Source of the DNA: Cyanobacteria bacterium P01_A01_bin.123 | GTDB taxonomy: Bacteria; Cyanobacteriota; Cyanobacteriia; Phormidesmidales; Phormidesmidaceae | Assembly: GCA_039815185.1 (NCBI GenBank) | Contig: JBCBZT010000048.1 | Span: forward strand, 1 to 56,801 | Length of the DNA stretch: 56,801 nucleotides | Reading direction: 5' to 3' | Shown: one piece after another, positions 10,172 to 20,375 of the stretch | How the letters are laid out: each line of letters starts with the position of its first letter | Numbering within the stretch: the first letter of the stretch is position 1 | Program-made: the position numbers and the translations under genes | The notes under the pieces: generated by a model | Seen by the model: only the letters and a program-made list of their open reading frames with translations | What the model was told of the DNA's origin: nothing | The model's database searches: none

Positions 10172-11068
10172 TCACGACTCACGACCTTGAATGAATTGAA
10201 GGATGGCTTTGGCGGTGGCTTCGGGCTTTTCTAAGTGGGGGACGTGGCCGCACTGATTAATCCAAACCAACTGTTCTTTAGGGAGGGAGGTTTGGAAGCG
10301 TTCGGCATCGCGGGTGCCCAGAATCTGGTCTTGCTGGCCCCAAATAACTAGGGTCGGGGGCTTAATTTGGGCAACCTTCTGACTTAAAAAGTTGTAACCT
10401 CCACTTTTAGTAAAAGAGATTAGCGCTGCTTGCCACCCAGGGCAGGCGGTATGTAGCCTGGCACAGAGTTCTGCGTCGGGCGTTACAAGGGTGCGATCGC
10501 AGTAAGCCTTTAGACTGACCTGCCGCCGCACCCACGGATTTTTGAGAAACGTGGTGGCCCAACGATCCAAGGGCGAAAACATCAATTTTTCCATCGCTGG
10601 CCCACTCGTAAACCCGGCGCTGTCGATTAGCACCAGCCGGGTCACGGCGGCTGGATAGGTCAAGGTAAAGTCAAGCGCTGCGGCTCCGCCCATGGACGCC
10701 CCCACCAAAATCATCGGCTGCTGAATCAACTGCTGCCAAACGCTGTGTAAATGCAGCTTAATTGCATCGGGGGCAAAGCTTGGGCTGGTGGCGCGATCGC
10801 TAAAGCCAAAACCCAGTAAATCTAAAGCCCAGGTCGTTTGATAGGACGCTAACTGGGGCAACAATCGTCGAAATTCAAGTAGGGAACTGTCAAACCCATG
10901 AATCAACACCACGGGTGGATCACCAGTCCCATGCTTGACAAAGGTGGTCGGAATCGGTCGATCGGTTAAAGGCGTAGCAATAGAGCACTGCTGAATTTGT
11001 TGGGCTAATGCAATCGAGGTTGATTCTGAAAGCGCTGCAACGGCAGCAGGCAAAAAATCAGGGAACAT
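10172..11068 (-). CDS. alpha/beta fold hydrolase
   Basis: IHGFDSS, GASMGG nucleophile elbow, WG..D, CGHVPHLE; start re-assigned to MFPDFLP to avoid overlap with holB. Confidence 0.88.
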   Translation of the reverse strand: MFPDFLPAAVAALSESTSIALAQQIQQCSIATPLTDRPIPTTFVKHGTGDPPVVLIHGFDSSLLEFRRLLPQLASYQTTWALDLLGFGFSDRATSPSFAPDAIKLHLHSVWQQLIQQPMILVGASMGGAAALDFTLTYPAAVTRLVLIDSAGFTSGPAMEKLMFSPLDRWATTFLKNPWVRRQVSLKAYCDRTLVTPDAELCARLHTACPGWQAALISFTKSGGYNFLSQKVAQIKPPTLVIWGQQDQILGTRDAERFQTSLPKEQLVWINQCGHVPHLEKPEATAKAILQFIQGRES

Positions 11069-11154
11069 AGTTGAAGGGGGGACAATGGCGATATCCTTAG
11101 CCATTCTGCCTGAACCTGGGATCAAGGGTGAGACGGAGGTGTACCGGGTGTCGC

Positions 11155-12120
11155 TTAATCCCCCGAAACCAAGTCCATTAGGGTCACCTCCCAAACCAAA
11201 CGCGGCTGGCCGTAACCCAGCAGGTGCCGACGGGCTTGCTCTAGCCTTTCTAGCCAGGGAATGGCCTGAACCTGAACCTGTTGCCAATAATGGTGTTGGA
11301 GATAATCAATCAGCCAAAGCTGGGCTTCGGTGTCAAGTTCTTTGGCAATCGAGCGGGCTTGATCTAGGGCCTGGCGTAGGTTTTGGGGCGGTTGAGCCAA
11401 ATCCTGGAGTAAGTCGGTAGGAATGGCTTGATGTTGTTGCCAACTGGCGATCGCTTGACCGGGGCTCCCCTGGGCGATCGCCAAAATTTCAGGCTGGGCC
11501 AAGATGTCTTCATGCCCGGTGCGCTGCAACACGGTTGCCATTGTGTCTGGATCCAGTCGTGAGAAAGGCACGCATTGGCAGCGCGACACCAAAGTGGGCA
11601 GCAGGGTATGGGTATCCGGGGCTAACAAAATCAAAGTGGCCTGCCCCGGTTCTTCCAGGGTTTTGAGCAATCCATTGGCAGCGGCTTCTGCCATCGTTGC
11701 AGCTTGGTCGATCACCACTAGCGATCGCTGGGCTTCCAGCGGTGGACGGCTGAGAAAGCGGGCCAGCTCACGAATTTGCTCAAGCCGGATTTGGGGCGGG
11801 CTCTTGCGTTTTATCCCTAGCTCTGCCGCTTCTGCCGGAGTAATTCGCTTTCCCTGGTGCAGATAGGTCGGTTCTACCCAGAGTAAATCAGGATGATTGC
11901 GCTGATGAATGCGCCGCCGGATGTCCTGGGAATTTTCGGCCACGCTGGAGCGATGGACTAATACTAATTCAGCAAACGCCGCCGCTGCTAACCGCCGCCC
12001 AACCCCCGCAGGCCCCACGAATAAGTAGGCGGGGGCAATGCGATTACAGTCAACTGCCCGTAGGAGTAATTCGATCCCGGTGGACTGTCCTAAAAGCGTG
12101 TCGAATGGGGATGATACCAC
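11155..12120 (-). CDS. holB: DNA polymerase III subunit delta'
   Basis: PAYLFVGPAGVG, NHPDL, AANGLLKTLEEP, LLPTLVSRCQ; follows tmk. Confidence 0.93.
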   Translation of the reverse strand: MVSSPFDTLLGQSTGIELLLRAVDCNRIAPAYLFVGPAGVGRRLAAAAFAELVLVHRSSVAENSQDIRRRIHQRNHPDLLWVEPTYLHQGKRITPAEAAELGIKRKSPPQIRLEQIRELARFLSRPPLEAQRSLVVIDQAATMAEAAANGLLKTLEEPGQATLILLAPDTHTLLPTLVSRCQCVPFSRLDPDTMATVLQRTGHEDILAQPEILAIAQGSPGQAIASWQQHQAIPTDLLQDLAQPPQNLRQALDQARSIAKELDTEAQLWLIDYLQHHYWQQVQVQAIPWLERLEQARRHLLGYGQPRLVWEVTLMDLVSGD

Positions 12121-12788
12121 TGGATAAGCCGTTGTTGAATAATCTGCTGAATCTCTGCTGCGATCGCCGCCTCATCGCCATCGGCTGCAATGGCGACAAT
12201 CCGATTTGAATCGGTTTGGGCCAAACTTTCAAACCCTTGCTGGACTCGTTGGTGAAAATCGAGCTGATTCTGCTCGATTCGATCCGCTGCACCCCGCCGT
12301 TGGGTTCTGGCCAAGCCCGCCGTCACATCGAGCTTCAACCAGAAAGTTAAATCACTGTGCAGTCCCCCAGTGGCAATTTCATTCAGCCGATCAATCAACG
12401 ACAGGTTGAGCCCCCGACCATAGCCTTGATAGGCCACCGTTGAATCTGTATAGCGATCGCAGAGCACAATGAATCCTGCCTCCAGCTGGGGTCGAATCAC
12501 TTCAGCCACGTGCTGAGCCCGATCTGCCGCGTAAAGTAGCAATTCAGCCGTGTCTTCAATCGGCTGTTCTAAGACTTCAGTTAATAGCAACTGCCGTAGC
12601 CGTCCTCCTAGCTCCGTCCCCCCCGGTTGGCGCGTCAGCTTAATACCCGCAACATGACCTTGAGACTGGAGCTGCTTTAACGTATTGCAATGCTTCAACC
12701 ATTCAAACAGCCGATGGAGCTGGGTCGTTTTCCCAACGCCCTCCCCCCCCTCAAACACAATTAACTTTCCGCGCGACTGATTTAGCAT
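12090..12788 (-). CDS. tmk: thymidylate kinase
   Basis: FEGGEGVGKTTQ, LLYAADRAQH, LCDRYTDSTVAYQGYGRG. Confidence 0.95.
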   Translation of the reverse strand: MLNQSRGKLIVFEGGEGVGKTTQLHRLFEWLKHCNTLKQLQSQGHVAGIKLTRQPGGTELGGRLRQLLLTEVLEQPIEDTAELLLYAADRAQHVAEVIRPQLEAGFIVLCDRYTDSTVAYQGYGRGLNLSLIDRLNEIATGGLHSDLTFWLKLDVTAGLARTQRRGAADRIEQNQLDFHQRVQQGFESLAQTDSNRIVAIAADGDEAAIAAEIQQIIQQRLIQWYHPHSTRF

Positions 12789-13179
12789 TCAACTCACCAA
12801 GAGAAGACCTAGGGAGGATGATTAACATTTCCTCAAAAGGATTGCAATTGACTTAAAAATAAGTAACATGCAATCATAGCCATGATAGAGCCTGGCCTCA
12901 AACCATAGTGGTCAACTTGCTTTATCTGTCTTGGTACGCGGTCTATGAGGAGTGTCAGGGTGGTAGTAACGTAGAAGGAGTGTCATCGGCTATCTAAGGA
13001 TACAGAGTTTCCTGAGCTTAAGGCGCTAGTGGCGTAAGCCTGTATAAGCAGTTAACGTCAAGCCAGCCGTGACGCATTTAAGGGTACTTGAGCTTAAGGC
13101 ATCATAAGGATTAACCAGCATCAGGCGTAGTCTTCTGTAAAGAGTTTCTTGGTGACGCATTTTAGAGAGATAGACTTCT

Positions 13180-13518
13180 ATGGCTCGTTACACGAACTTA
13201 TTTACCACGACAGCAGCAGATTCAGTCCCAGAGCTGAAAGTCGCTTTGGCTGAAACGTTAAAATCTTGTGACCTGAACCTAATCTACGAAGCACAAGACT
13301 ATTTAGTTGCTAAGGAAAAGCCAGGGCAGGTCTCCTACGCTAAGCTGGCAACCATTGAGGTGCTTATCAATCCTCCTCTAGCTGGCCAACACGAAGCTCG
13401 GGTGAATCTAGTGGTAAAAAACGAAGAACTACCCCTGAGTAACAATAACCATTGTCAACGGGTCTTCCAGCTTGTCAATCAGGCTATTCGTGCAACTAAC
13501 AGTTGGCAGTTTACCTGA
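13180..13518 (+). CDS. conserved cyanobacterial hypothetical protein
   Basis: MARYT..., KPGQV..AKL..IEVLI, VVKNEELPL..NNHC. Confidence 0.75.
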   Translation: MARYTNLFTTTAADSVPELKVALAETLKSCDLNLIYEAQDYLVAKEKPGQVSYAKLATIEVLINPPLAGQHEARVNLVVKNEELPLSNNNHCQRVFQLVNQAIRATNSWQFT

Positions 13519-13548
13519 ATAGACTTTTAAGTCACCGATAGACTAAGT

Positions 13549-14010
13549 TTAGCTCCCTTCATCAGGGAGATCCGTTGTCTTCTCCTTGAGCTCATCTTCA
13601 TCTTCCTCAACCATGTTGGGGCTAATTAGCGTAATGTCGAACTCATCTGGCGGCAGGGTTGAGGTCGCGTCTCGTTTGAGCTGGTAGTAGATAGCTCGGG
13701 CCTGGGGGCCAAAGACAATCTCATCTTCATTCTTTAGATCATGGGCTTGCAACTTACGTCCGTTGATCAGCATGCCGTTAGCGCTAGGTTTACCTTTCAA
13801 GTTGCCGTCTACGATCCGGTAGTAGAAAGTTTCATCATCTTTGGGCAACTGCACCAACGTCGCATGATGTCGAGAGACAAACTGCGAAGACAGGCGAATG
13901 TCACATTTCGGATCGCGACCAATGGAGTAAACAGAACCATCCAGAACGATCTCTCGCCGCCCCTTGCTGTCTTCGACAATTAAAATGCTGTTGAATTGAG
14001 ATTCTGCCAT
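13549..14010 (-). CDS. FHA domain protein
   Basis: SIGRDP, VSRHHA, SANG..ING FHA motifs; acidic tail. Confidence 0.9.
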   Translation of the reverse strand: MAESQFNSILIVEDSKGRREIVLDGSVYSIGRDPKCDIRLSSQFVSRHHATLVQLPKDDETFYYRIVDGNLKGKPSANGMLINGRKLQAHDLKNEDEIVFGPQARAIYYQLKRDATSTLPPDEFDITLISPNMVEEDEDELKEKTTDLPDEGS

Positions 14011-14352
14011 CGCCTAATGATAAGTCAGTGTTCAGTTTGAGCCGTTAACTGCAGAGCACTGAAAGCGAATGTTAGCGCATCCTGGCCCGTCGTGTCGCTT
14101 TTAATTGTGGCTTTTTTGGTGGCATTAACGCAATGGATATAATGATGAGCCAATATCAGGGCCCAAAACCAACCTAACGCCAAGCTTCCCAGCATCTAAC
14201 TTAGAATTGACACGGCCAATGGATGTCATATTTCTTGAAAGTTTGAGACTAAACCTGGATCTCATCTAGAACGATAGCTCTCCTGAGCTAAATTTCCTTG
14301 ATTGGAACATAACACCTTGCGCCCCGACTCAAGTTTTCAAATCGCAGGTAAT

Positions 14353-14907
14353 TTAGGAGCGGGCGGATTGTCCAATGTCACCATCTCGCAACCGCCTTAG
14401 CAACCAGTCAAATCGAATAGCGGCCAGGGAAATATCCATCTCACCATTCAAATCTGTTGGAGAGAGTTCCAAGGGCTGCCATTGACTGGCTTCATCCAGC
14501 TGCTGAATCATCCCCCGCAAGCGACTTGAGAGTAAAATCGCTAAAGCTCGGTAAAATCGAGCCGCAAATCCTAAATCTTGTTCGAGCTTTTGACTTAAGG
14601 CTTGGCGAGGAATCGTTAACACGAGAGAAGAAGTAGCTGCTTCAACGGTAGCAGAGGGCGGTCGTCGATCGACAAAAGACATTTCACCCACGACTTCTCC
14701 CGTGGAGAGACGGGCAATCACCTGATGCTTAAGCGAAGACACACATACGTGCAAAATCCCCTCTAACAAGATATAGATTGCATCTGTGGGTACCCCTTCT
14801 TGAATCAGTGTTGTACCTTGGGCAATCTCCTGGCGATCGCCTATGGTTACAAGCCAGTCGATGTCCTCATCTTCAAGTACACCTAAAATAAATAAAACTC
14901 GCTTCAT
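14353..14907 (-). CDS. cyclic nucleotide-binding domain protein
   Basis: LIQEG, GEVVGEMSFVD.RPPSATV phosphate-binding cassette. Confidence 0.88.
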   Translation of the reverse strand: MKRVLFILGVLEDEDIDWLVTIGDRQEIAQGTTLIQEGVPTDAIYILLEGILHVCVSSLKHQVIARLSTGEVVGEMSFVDRRPPSATVEAATSSLVLTIPRQALSQKLEQDLGFAARFYRALAILLSSRLRGMIQQLDEASQWQPLELSPTDLNGEMDISLAAIRFDWLLRRLRDGDIGQSARS

Positions 14908-14916
14908 TGGAATTGA

Positions 14917-15714
14917 ATGCTAACCGATCAGTTTACCGATGTTGACAGTCTTGCAGTCCGTGCCATTTTCCTAGGCCAAAGCATAGATCTTCAGCCATTT
15001 AACGGGGGCAGTACATGGGCTGTCGATCCCTTAATGGTGGCGGCAGGTGCTCGGGGTTGTGCTGTCTTGTTTAATTATGGAGCGGTTGTGCTAATCGGGC
15101 TGTCTCCGGTAGAAGAAGCAAGGTTTCTTAGTGATTTAGCCCCTTTAGTCAGTAATCCTTTTGAACAGCCAGAAACTGAAGGGGAAACCCTCAAGCGAGA
15201 CCTTGAAAAACCAGGTCGGGTTAGCAAGGATGTGATCTTGCTGCCTGACTTCAACCAGCCAAAACTACAAATCGTGGCAGATATCTTGGCAAAAAGCGTT
15301 GTGTTGGCCCACTACGAAGTGCAGACCGCAGCCGTCTTTGACCGGATTGAACCCTTTGCCGCCAGTTTGCAAAAGCCTTCAGGTCGGCGATTAAAAGGCC
15401 ATGCGCTATTGCAACAAATTGGAGATAATCTGCTGATTCAACACAAGATGGTGGGGCGAGTGGAAATCATCGACAAGCCAGAAATGCTCTGGGAGCATCC
15501 AGATCTCGATCATCTGTATCTGAGATTAGAAGATGAATATGAAATTCGTGAACGCCACACCGCCCTGGAACGTAAATTGGCGTTGGTTTCGCTCACGGCA
15601 GAAACGGCTCTAGAATTGCAGCACCAAAATACCAGCCTACGCTTGGAATGGTATGTGGTGATTTTGATTGTGATAGAAGTCTTGCTATCCCTCTACGAAT
15701 TATTCATTAAATAA
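14917..15714 (+). CDS. RMD1/DUF155 family protein
   Basis: VLFNYGAVV, LAKSVVL..YE, DKPEMLWE, EYEIRER, C-terminal TM LEWYVVILIVIEV. Confidence 0.85.
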   Translation: MLTDQFTDVDSLAVRAIFLGQSIDLQPFNGGSTWAVDPLMVAAGARGCAVLFNYGAVVLIGLSPVEEARFLSDLAPLVSNPFEQPETEGETLKRDLEKPGRVSKDVILLPDFNQPKLQIVADILAKSVVLAHYEVQTAAVFDRIEPFAASLQKPSGRRLKGHALLQQIGDNLLIQHKMVGRVEIIDKPEMLWEHPDLDHLYLRLEDEYEIRERHTALERKLALVSLTAETALELQHQNTSLRLEWYVVILIVIEVLLSLYELFIK

Positions 15715-16781
15715 ACAGGAATCATTGGATTTCGACCCGGGCGATCGCCCCCAGCAGTTTTTGCCGTTATCGGAGTGTCAATTACCGTGGGATGTTGACT
15801 GAGTTGCCATGTTGTTTTCCCATAGCCGGGATCAAGAATCATCGGGGGTAATTCATGGCGTTGCAACACGGCTTGGAGGCGGTCAAAGGCTTCAGGTAGG
15901 TGATTAGCGGGGATTTCTGGAAAGGCATGGTGAACCCCATGATACGGTAAGCCCCCCATCACCCCGTTCACCCAAAGGGGCACTTGCAGATTGCGGCAAG
16001 CATAAAGCTGGGTGAGTTGATAGTTACTGGTTTTGCCCCACAGTCCATAATGTTCAAGATGATCGCGAGTTTGCATGACCACCCCAATCACCCGTTCTAA
16101 CATCAGCCAGAACAGCAGGTAAGTCAGCAATTGCTGCTGCCAAAACGCCAGGGTAACTAGAACGCCTTGGACAACTACAATGCCCGTAATGTCTAACCTA
16201 AGCTGTTGCCGTAGACCAGGGGTAACCGCTTGGAGCCGAAGCGCATGGGCAAAAGTTTTAAGAATCAGCCCAATGCCCCCTAATAGCAAAATATCAATCA
16301 GCCACTGATGACGCACATACCAGCGCAAGAAGGGTATGGTGGTTTCGTATTCTGTAACTGTCCACTGCACCCGTTCTGGATCGCGCAGGTCAACCCCATT
16401 CCACCCGTGGTGGAGTCGATGAAGCTCAGCATAAAGCCCGTAAGGCCACCCCATAGGCCAACTGATGAGGCGGGGTAAAGCTGTCTCAAACCAAGGCCAG
16501 CCCGTTAAGGTTTGATGCACCATATCGTGGGTGCAAATTAGCCAAAAGGCATAGACCACACCAGCGATCGCGGTGGTCAAACAAAACGCGATCGGCTTGA
16601 TAGCTGCATTGCCAATCAGGCTCGAATATTGAAAGCCCCAAGCCAATGCCGCCAAGCTGAAGAATACGCCCCCAAAAATACTAAATCGCAACAGTCCTTC
16701 CCGAGGGTTGACGGGCGTTAAGTCTGCGATCGCAGCACGCAGATCGGGATTTAGCTGAGCGGAATTCATGGGAGTCACCAA
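15693..16781 (-). CDS. membrane fatty-acid-desaturase family protein
   Basis: His boxes HDMVH, HRLHH, YHGVHHAFP; several TM segments. Confidence 0.85.
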   Translation of the reverse strand: MVTPMNSAQLNPDLRAAIADLTPVNPREGLLRFSIFGGVFFSLAALAWGFQYSSLIGNAAIKPIAFCLTTAIAGVVYAFWLICTHDMVHQTLTGWPWFETALPRLISWPMGWPYGLYAELHRLHHGWNGVDLRDPERVQWTVTEYETTIPFLRWYVRHQWLIDILLLGGIGLILKTFAHALRLQAVTPGLRQQLRLDITGIVVVQGVLVTLAFWQQQLLTYLLFWLMLERVIGVVMQTRDHLEHYGLWGKTSNYQLTQLYACRNLQVPLWVNGVMGGLPYHGVHHAFPEIPANHLPEAFDRLQAVLQRHELPPMILDPGYGKTTWQLSQHPTVIDTPITAKTAGGDRPGRNPMIPVYLMNNS

Positions 16782-17014
16782 TACTGCCCTCTTTCTTTAT
16801 TCTGAATTGTCCTGACAAAGAAAATAATTCAGCATTGCAAAACCTTAAGTGACTGCCACGGGTCATATTACAGATAAACTACTTCTGATTTGAGAACTGG
16901 AGTTTTTAATTGAGGGAAAAACTGTGGATCTGGATGGGTTCAGAGGTTAGTTTCATCTGAGTAATCGGTTGCTTTCGGGTTAGGATGGCAAGGCGGTTAG
17001 GTAGGAGGGTAATC

Positions 17015-17674
17015 ATGGTTGAGCGACCTATTAAGAAATCAGAACGGGCGGCACGCGACAGTGAAGCCAAGACAGGTGAAGGACAGCGCGAAAATCGTAA
17101 AGAACGGGGCGACAAAGGTCGCAAAGACGGACGGCGTAAAGGCAAAGGCGATCGCGAAGAGCGAAAACCCGCTGTTCCCCTAGCCCTAATGCGCGGCCCC
17201 AAGCCCAAGCCTAAAGCAGAAGAACCGGAGCCGGAACCGGAAGTTGCGCCAGTAGAGGAACCCGTCGCAGAGGCTCCTCCAGAAGAAGCATCTGTAGCAG
17301 AAGCCCCGCCAACGGCAGAACCCGTAGCAGAAGCGTCTCCAATTGAAGCGCCTCCAACAGAGGAGCCGCCAGCGGCAGAACCTGTAGCAGAAGTACCGCC
17401 AGTAGAGGAACCAGTTACAGAAGTACCGCCGGTTGAAGCAGCTCCAGCAGCAGAACCTGTAGCAGAAATGCCTCCGGTTGAAGCAGCTCCAGCAGAGGAA
17501 CCCGTTGAAGCACCTCCGGCTGAAGAGCCAGTGGCAGAGGCACCTCCGGTTGAAGCAGCTCCAGCAGCAGAACCCGTAGCAGAAATGCCTCCGGTAGAGA
17601 CTCCTCCAGCGGAAACGCCAGTGACAGAAGCACCCCCAGTAGAAGCTGATAAACCTGCTGACGTCCCTAATTAA
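17015..17674 (+). CDS. hypothetical protein, basic N-terminus plus Pro/Glu/Ala repeat tail
   Basis: MVERPIKKSER...PLALMRGPKPKPK then ~140 aa of PPVE/EPVAE repeats. Confidence 0.8.
   Translation: MVERPIKKSERAARDSEAKTGEGQRENRKERGDKGRKDGRRKGKGDREERKPAVPLALMRGPKPKPKAEEPEPEPEVAPVEEPVAEAPPEEASVAEAPPTAEPVAEASPIEAPPTEEPPAAEPVAEVPPVEEPVTEVPPVEAAPAAEPVAEMPPVEAAPAEEPVEAPPAEEPVAEAPPVEAAPAAEPVAEMPPVETPPAETPVTEAPPVEADKPADVPN
17245..17645 (+). repeat. degenerate coding tandem repeats (PPVEAAPAAEPVAE-type)
   Basis: Recurrent CCGGTTGAAGCAGCTCCAGCAG and GAACCCGTAGCAGAA units. Confidence 0.85.
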
Positions 17675-17710
17675 ACGACATCCCTCAATTGGAACTGTTT
17701 AATTTGCCAA

Positions 17711-18904
17711 TCACGCTTTGCCTAAAAGCTGGTCATAAGCGTTGAGCATTTGCTGGGCGATCGCGTCCCAGTTGTAGTGACTTTCGGCATAGGTTTTAGC
17801 GTTAATGCCACGCTGCTGGCGCGCTTCTCCATCACTTAGGGCAGCACGCAAGGCTTCAGTCAGAGGCTCAACTTGGGTTGGGGTAACCCAGCCCGACGTG
17901 CTGCTTTTCACGTCTTTCCAAATGTCAACACCCTCGGAGATGACGACTGGTTTCCCGGCGAGCATAGCTTCGGCGACGGCGATGCCAAAGTTCTCGTAGT
18001 ACGACGGCAGCACGAATACATCAGCCGCCGCTAATAGGGCCGCTTTTAAATTGCCTGAGACAAAGCCAGTGAGTGTCGTCTGTTCGGCTAGGGGAGATGC
18101 TTCGATTTGTTGACGAATATTGTTTTCATATTCCCGATCTTGGGGGTTTGCACCACAAAGTAGAAAGTGAAACGGCAGATCGTCCTGGGTCAATTTTGCT
18201 AGGGCAGTTATCAACAACTCAATCCCTTTTTTCGGATCAATCCGCGACATATAGAGCAATATCGGGCGATCGCGGGAAATCGAGAAGCGATCGCGGACAT
18301 CAATCTCCTCCGTGATTGGGGTTGAACTTACCCCCAGAGGAATCACTAAATCTCGCGTGGTAGCTCCAAACCGCTCTGAGATTTTGGCCTCCTGTTGACT
18401 GGTAAAGTGCATTGCCGTAGCCCCGGCAATATTAGGCCCCTCTAACAAGGCCGCATAAATTTGCTTGAGCTGACGCTTCTTTTGTAAATCAGCCGGATCT
18501 AGGGTGCCTAAGGGTCGCAAAATATAAGGTAAGTGACGAGACCGCGCGATCGCCGCTGCCATAGAACTCACAGGCGAAAACAGCGCGTGAATATGGGCAA
18601 TGTCATACTCATGGGCATGGCTGAATAGCCAGCGCAGCAATCCTATCGAAAATTTGTAGCGCCGAAAGGGCGAACAGCGAAAATAGCAAATGTGATAGCC
18701 ATCTGTCGGCACGGGCTGATTCAACGGCACTTCTAGCGGTGGCTGGTCAATATCCCCATTTGAGTCGGTCGTCAGCACCATTACCTCAGCCCCGGCATGG
18801 GCTAATCCTGCTGATACCCCCCGCACCATCTGACTTGGGCCGCCGTAAACCAAAGAAATCGACGGCACAATTTGCAGCACTTTCAGGGGAGGAGCCATGA
18901 CCAA
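17711..18904 (-). CDS. hpsP: GT4 glycosyltransferase, hormogonium polysaccharide biosynthesis HpsP-like
   Basis: LQIVPSISLVYGGPSQMV, RPLGTLDPADL.KK, PSYYENFGIAVAEAM. Confidence 0.8.
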   Translation of the reverse strand: MVMAPPLKVLQIVPSISLVYGGPSQMVRGVSAGLAHAGAEVMVLTTDSNGDIDQPPLEVPLNQPVPTDGYHICYFRCSPFRRYKFSIGLLRWLFSHAHEYDIAHIHALFSPVSSMAAAIARSRHLPYILRPLGTLDPADLQKKRQLKQIYAALLEGPNIAGATAMHFTSQQEAKISERFGATTRDLVIPLGVSSTPITEEIDVRDRFSISRDRPILLYMSRIDPKKGIELLITALAKLTQDDLPFHFLLCGANPQDREYENNIRQQIEASPLAEQTTLTGFVSGNLKAALLAAADVFVLPSYYENFGIAVAEAMLAGKPVVISEGVDIWKDVKSSTSGWVTPTQVEPLTEALRAALSDGEARQQRGINAKTYAESHYNWDAIAQQMLNAYDQLLGKA

Positions 18905-19167
18905 TACCCAAATAACAGTTGACCAACACCAAAATTAAACCGTACCCATCGCCTCCAGTTTGCCCCTAGTTGGGATCAACCGTGCAATTCTCAAATCTCG
19001 CGTAGGGAAAGCAACAGTCGCTAAGTGTCATTTCACCGGATGCGCCTTTTCTCCAGGAAAATTTTGACGATGCGATCGCGCCCGGCTGCATGAAGCATTA
19101 ATGGCTCTCTCTTCTCCCTGACTCGCTTCCCCCTATCATGAAAGGAACCTCCTCACATTAAGGCTCA

Positions 19168-20352
19168 ATGCTAGGTCAAATTAAAGACATCGCCATTAAA
19201 CTGGCTCCCAGACTCACTGAAATTCGTCGTCACATCCACGCCCACCCTGAGCTCAGCGGGCAAGAATATCAAACGGCTGCGTATATTTCTGGGGTGCTGT
19301 CATCCTGCGGGCTACACGTACAGGAATTCGTCGGTAAAACTGGGGTGATGGCCGAATTGGAGGGAGCGCAAGATAGCTTGCCCGTCTTGGCAGTGCGGGC
19401 GGATATGGACGCCCTGCCGATTCCAGAGCAAACCGAGCTTGATTTTGCGTCACGAAAACTCGGCATCATGCACGCTTGCGGCCATGATGTACACTCCACA
19501 GTAGGATTGGGTACGGCGATGGTGCTGTCTCAACTTGAGGCGACACTCCCCGGGACAACGCGGTTTTTGTTTCAACCCGCAGAAGAAACCGCCCAAGGTG
19601 CTCGCTGGATGATCGGTGATGGGGTCATGGATAATGTGGCGGCCGCCTTTGGCGTACATGTGTTTCCCACGGTGCCAGGTGGATCGATTGGCATCCGCTA
19701 CGGGGCGTTGACGGCGGCAGCGGATGACATTGAAATTAAGATTATTGGTGAGTCAGGCCATGGGGCACGTCCCCATGAAGCAATTGATGCGATCTGGATT
19801 GCGGCTCAGGTCGTAACAACGCTGCAACAGTCTATCAGCCGGACTCAAAACCCGCTGCGGCCAGTCGTGTTGACCATTGGCCAAATTTCCGGGGGGCGTG
19901 CGCCCAACGTGATTGCTAACCAGGTGAATTTGCTGGGTACGGTGCGATCGCTCCATCCCGAAACTCGCGACACCCTACCCCAGTGGATTGAAAAGATTAT
20001 CGTCAGCGTCTGTCAACCTTACGGTGCAACCTATACCTTTGACTACCGTCCCGGGGTGCCTTCTGTGCAAAACGATCCGATGCTGACGCAAATTATGGAA
20101 ACGGCAGCACAAGAGGCTTGGGGGCGCGATCGCGTCCAGCGGTTGCTCGAACCCTCCCTAGGCGCAGAAGATTTTTCCCTCTATCTCGACCATGCCCCGG
20201 GCACTATGTTTCGTCTGGGGGTAGGATTTGCCGATCGCCCTAACTATCCCCTGCACCACCCTCAATTTGAAGTTGACGAAAGCGCTATCCTGACTGGCGT
20301 GGTGACTATGGCCTATGCCGTCTATCGCTATTGGCAACAGCAGACAGACTAA
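19168..20352 (+). CDS. M20 family amidohydrolase
   Basis: RRHIHAHPELS, RADMDALP, MHACGHD, FQPAEE, GAEDF, LHHP.F. Confidence 0.93.
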   Translation: MLGQIKDIAIKLAPRLTEIRRHIHAHPELSGQEYQTAAYISGVLSSCGLHVQEFVGKTGVMAELEGAQDSLPVLAVRADMDALPIPEQTELDFASRKLGIMHACGHDVHSTVGLGTAMVLSQLEATLPGTTRFLFQPAEETAQGARWMIGDGVMDNVAAAFGVHVFPTVPGGSIGIRYGALTAAADDIEIKIIGESGHGARPHEAIDAIWIAAQVVTTLQQSISRTQNPLRPVVLTIGQISGGRAPNVIANQVNLLGTVRSLHPETRDTLPQWIEKIIVSVCQPYGATYTFDYRPGVPSVQNDPMLTQIMETAAQEAWGRDRVQRLLEPSLGAEDFSLYLDHAPGTMFRLGVGFADRPNYPLHHPQFEVDESAILTGVVTMAYAVYRYWQQQTD

Positions 20353-20375
20353 ATCACAACGGACTAAACCATGCA

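Noticed and set aside
11069..11287. Long N-terminal extension of the alpha/beta hydrolase in the ORF track
   Set aside because: Overlaps holB; downstream ATG at 11068 gives a normal protein
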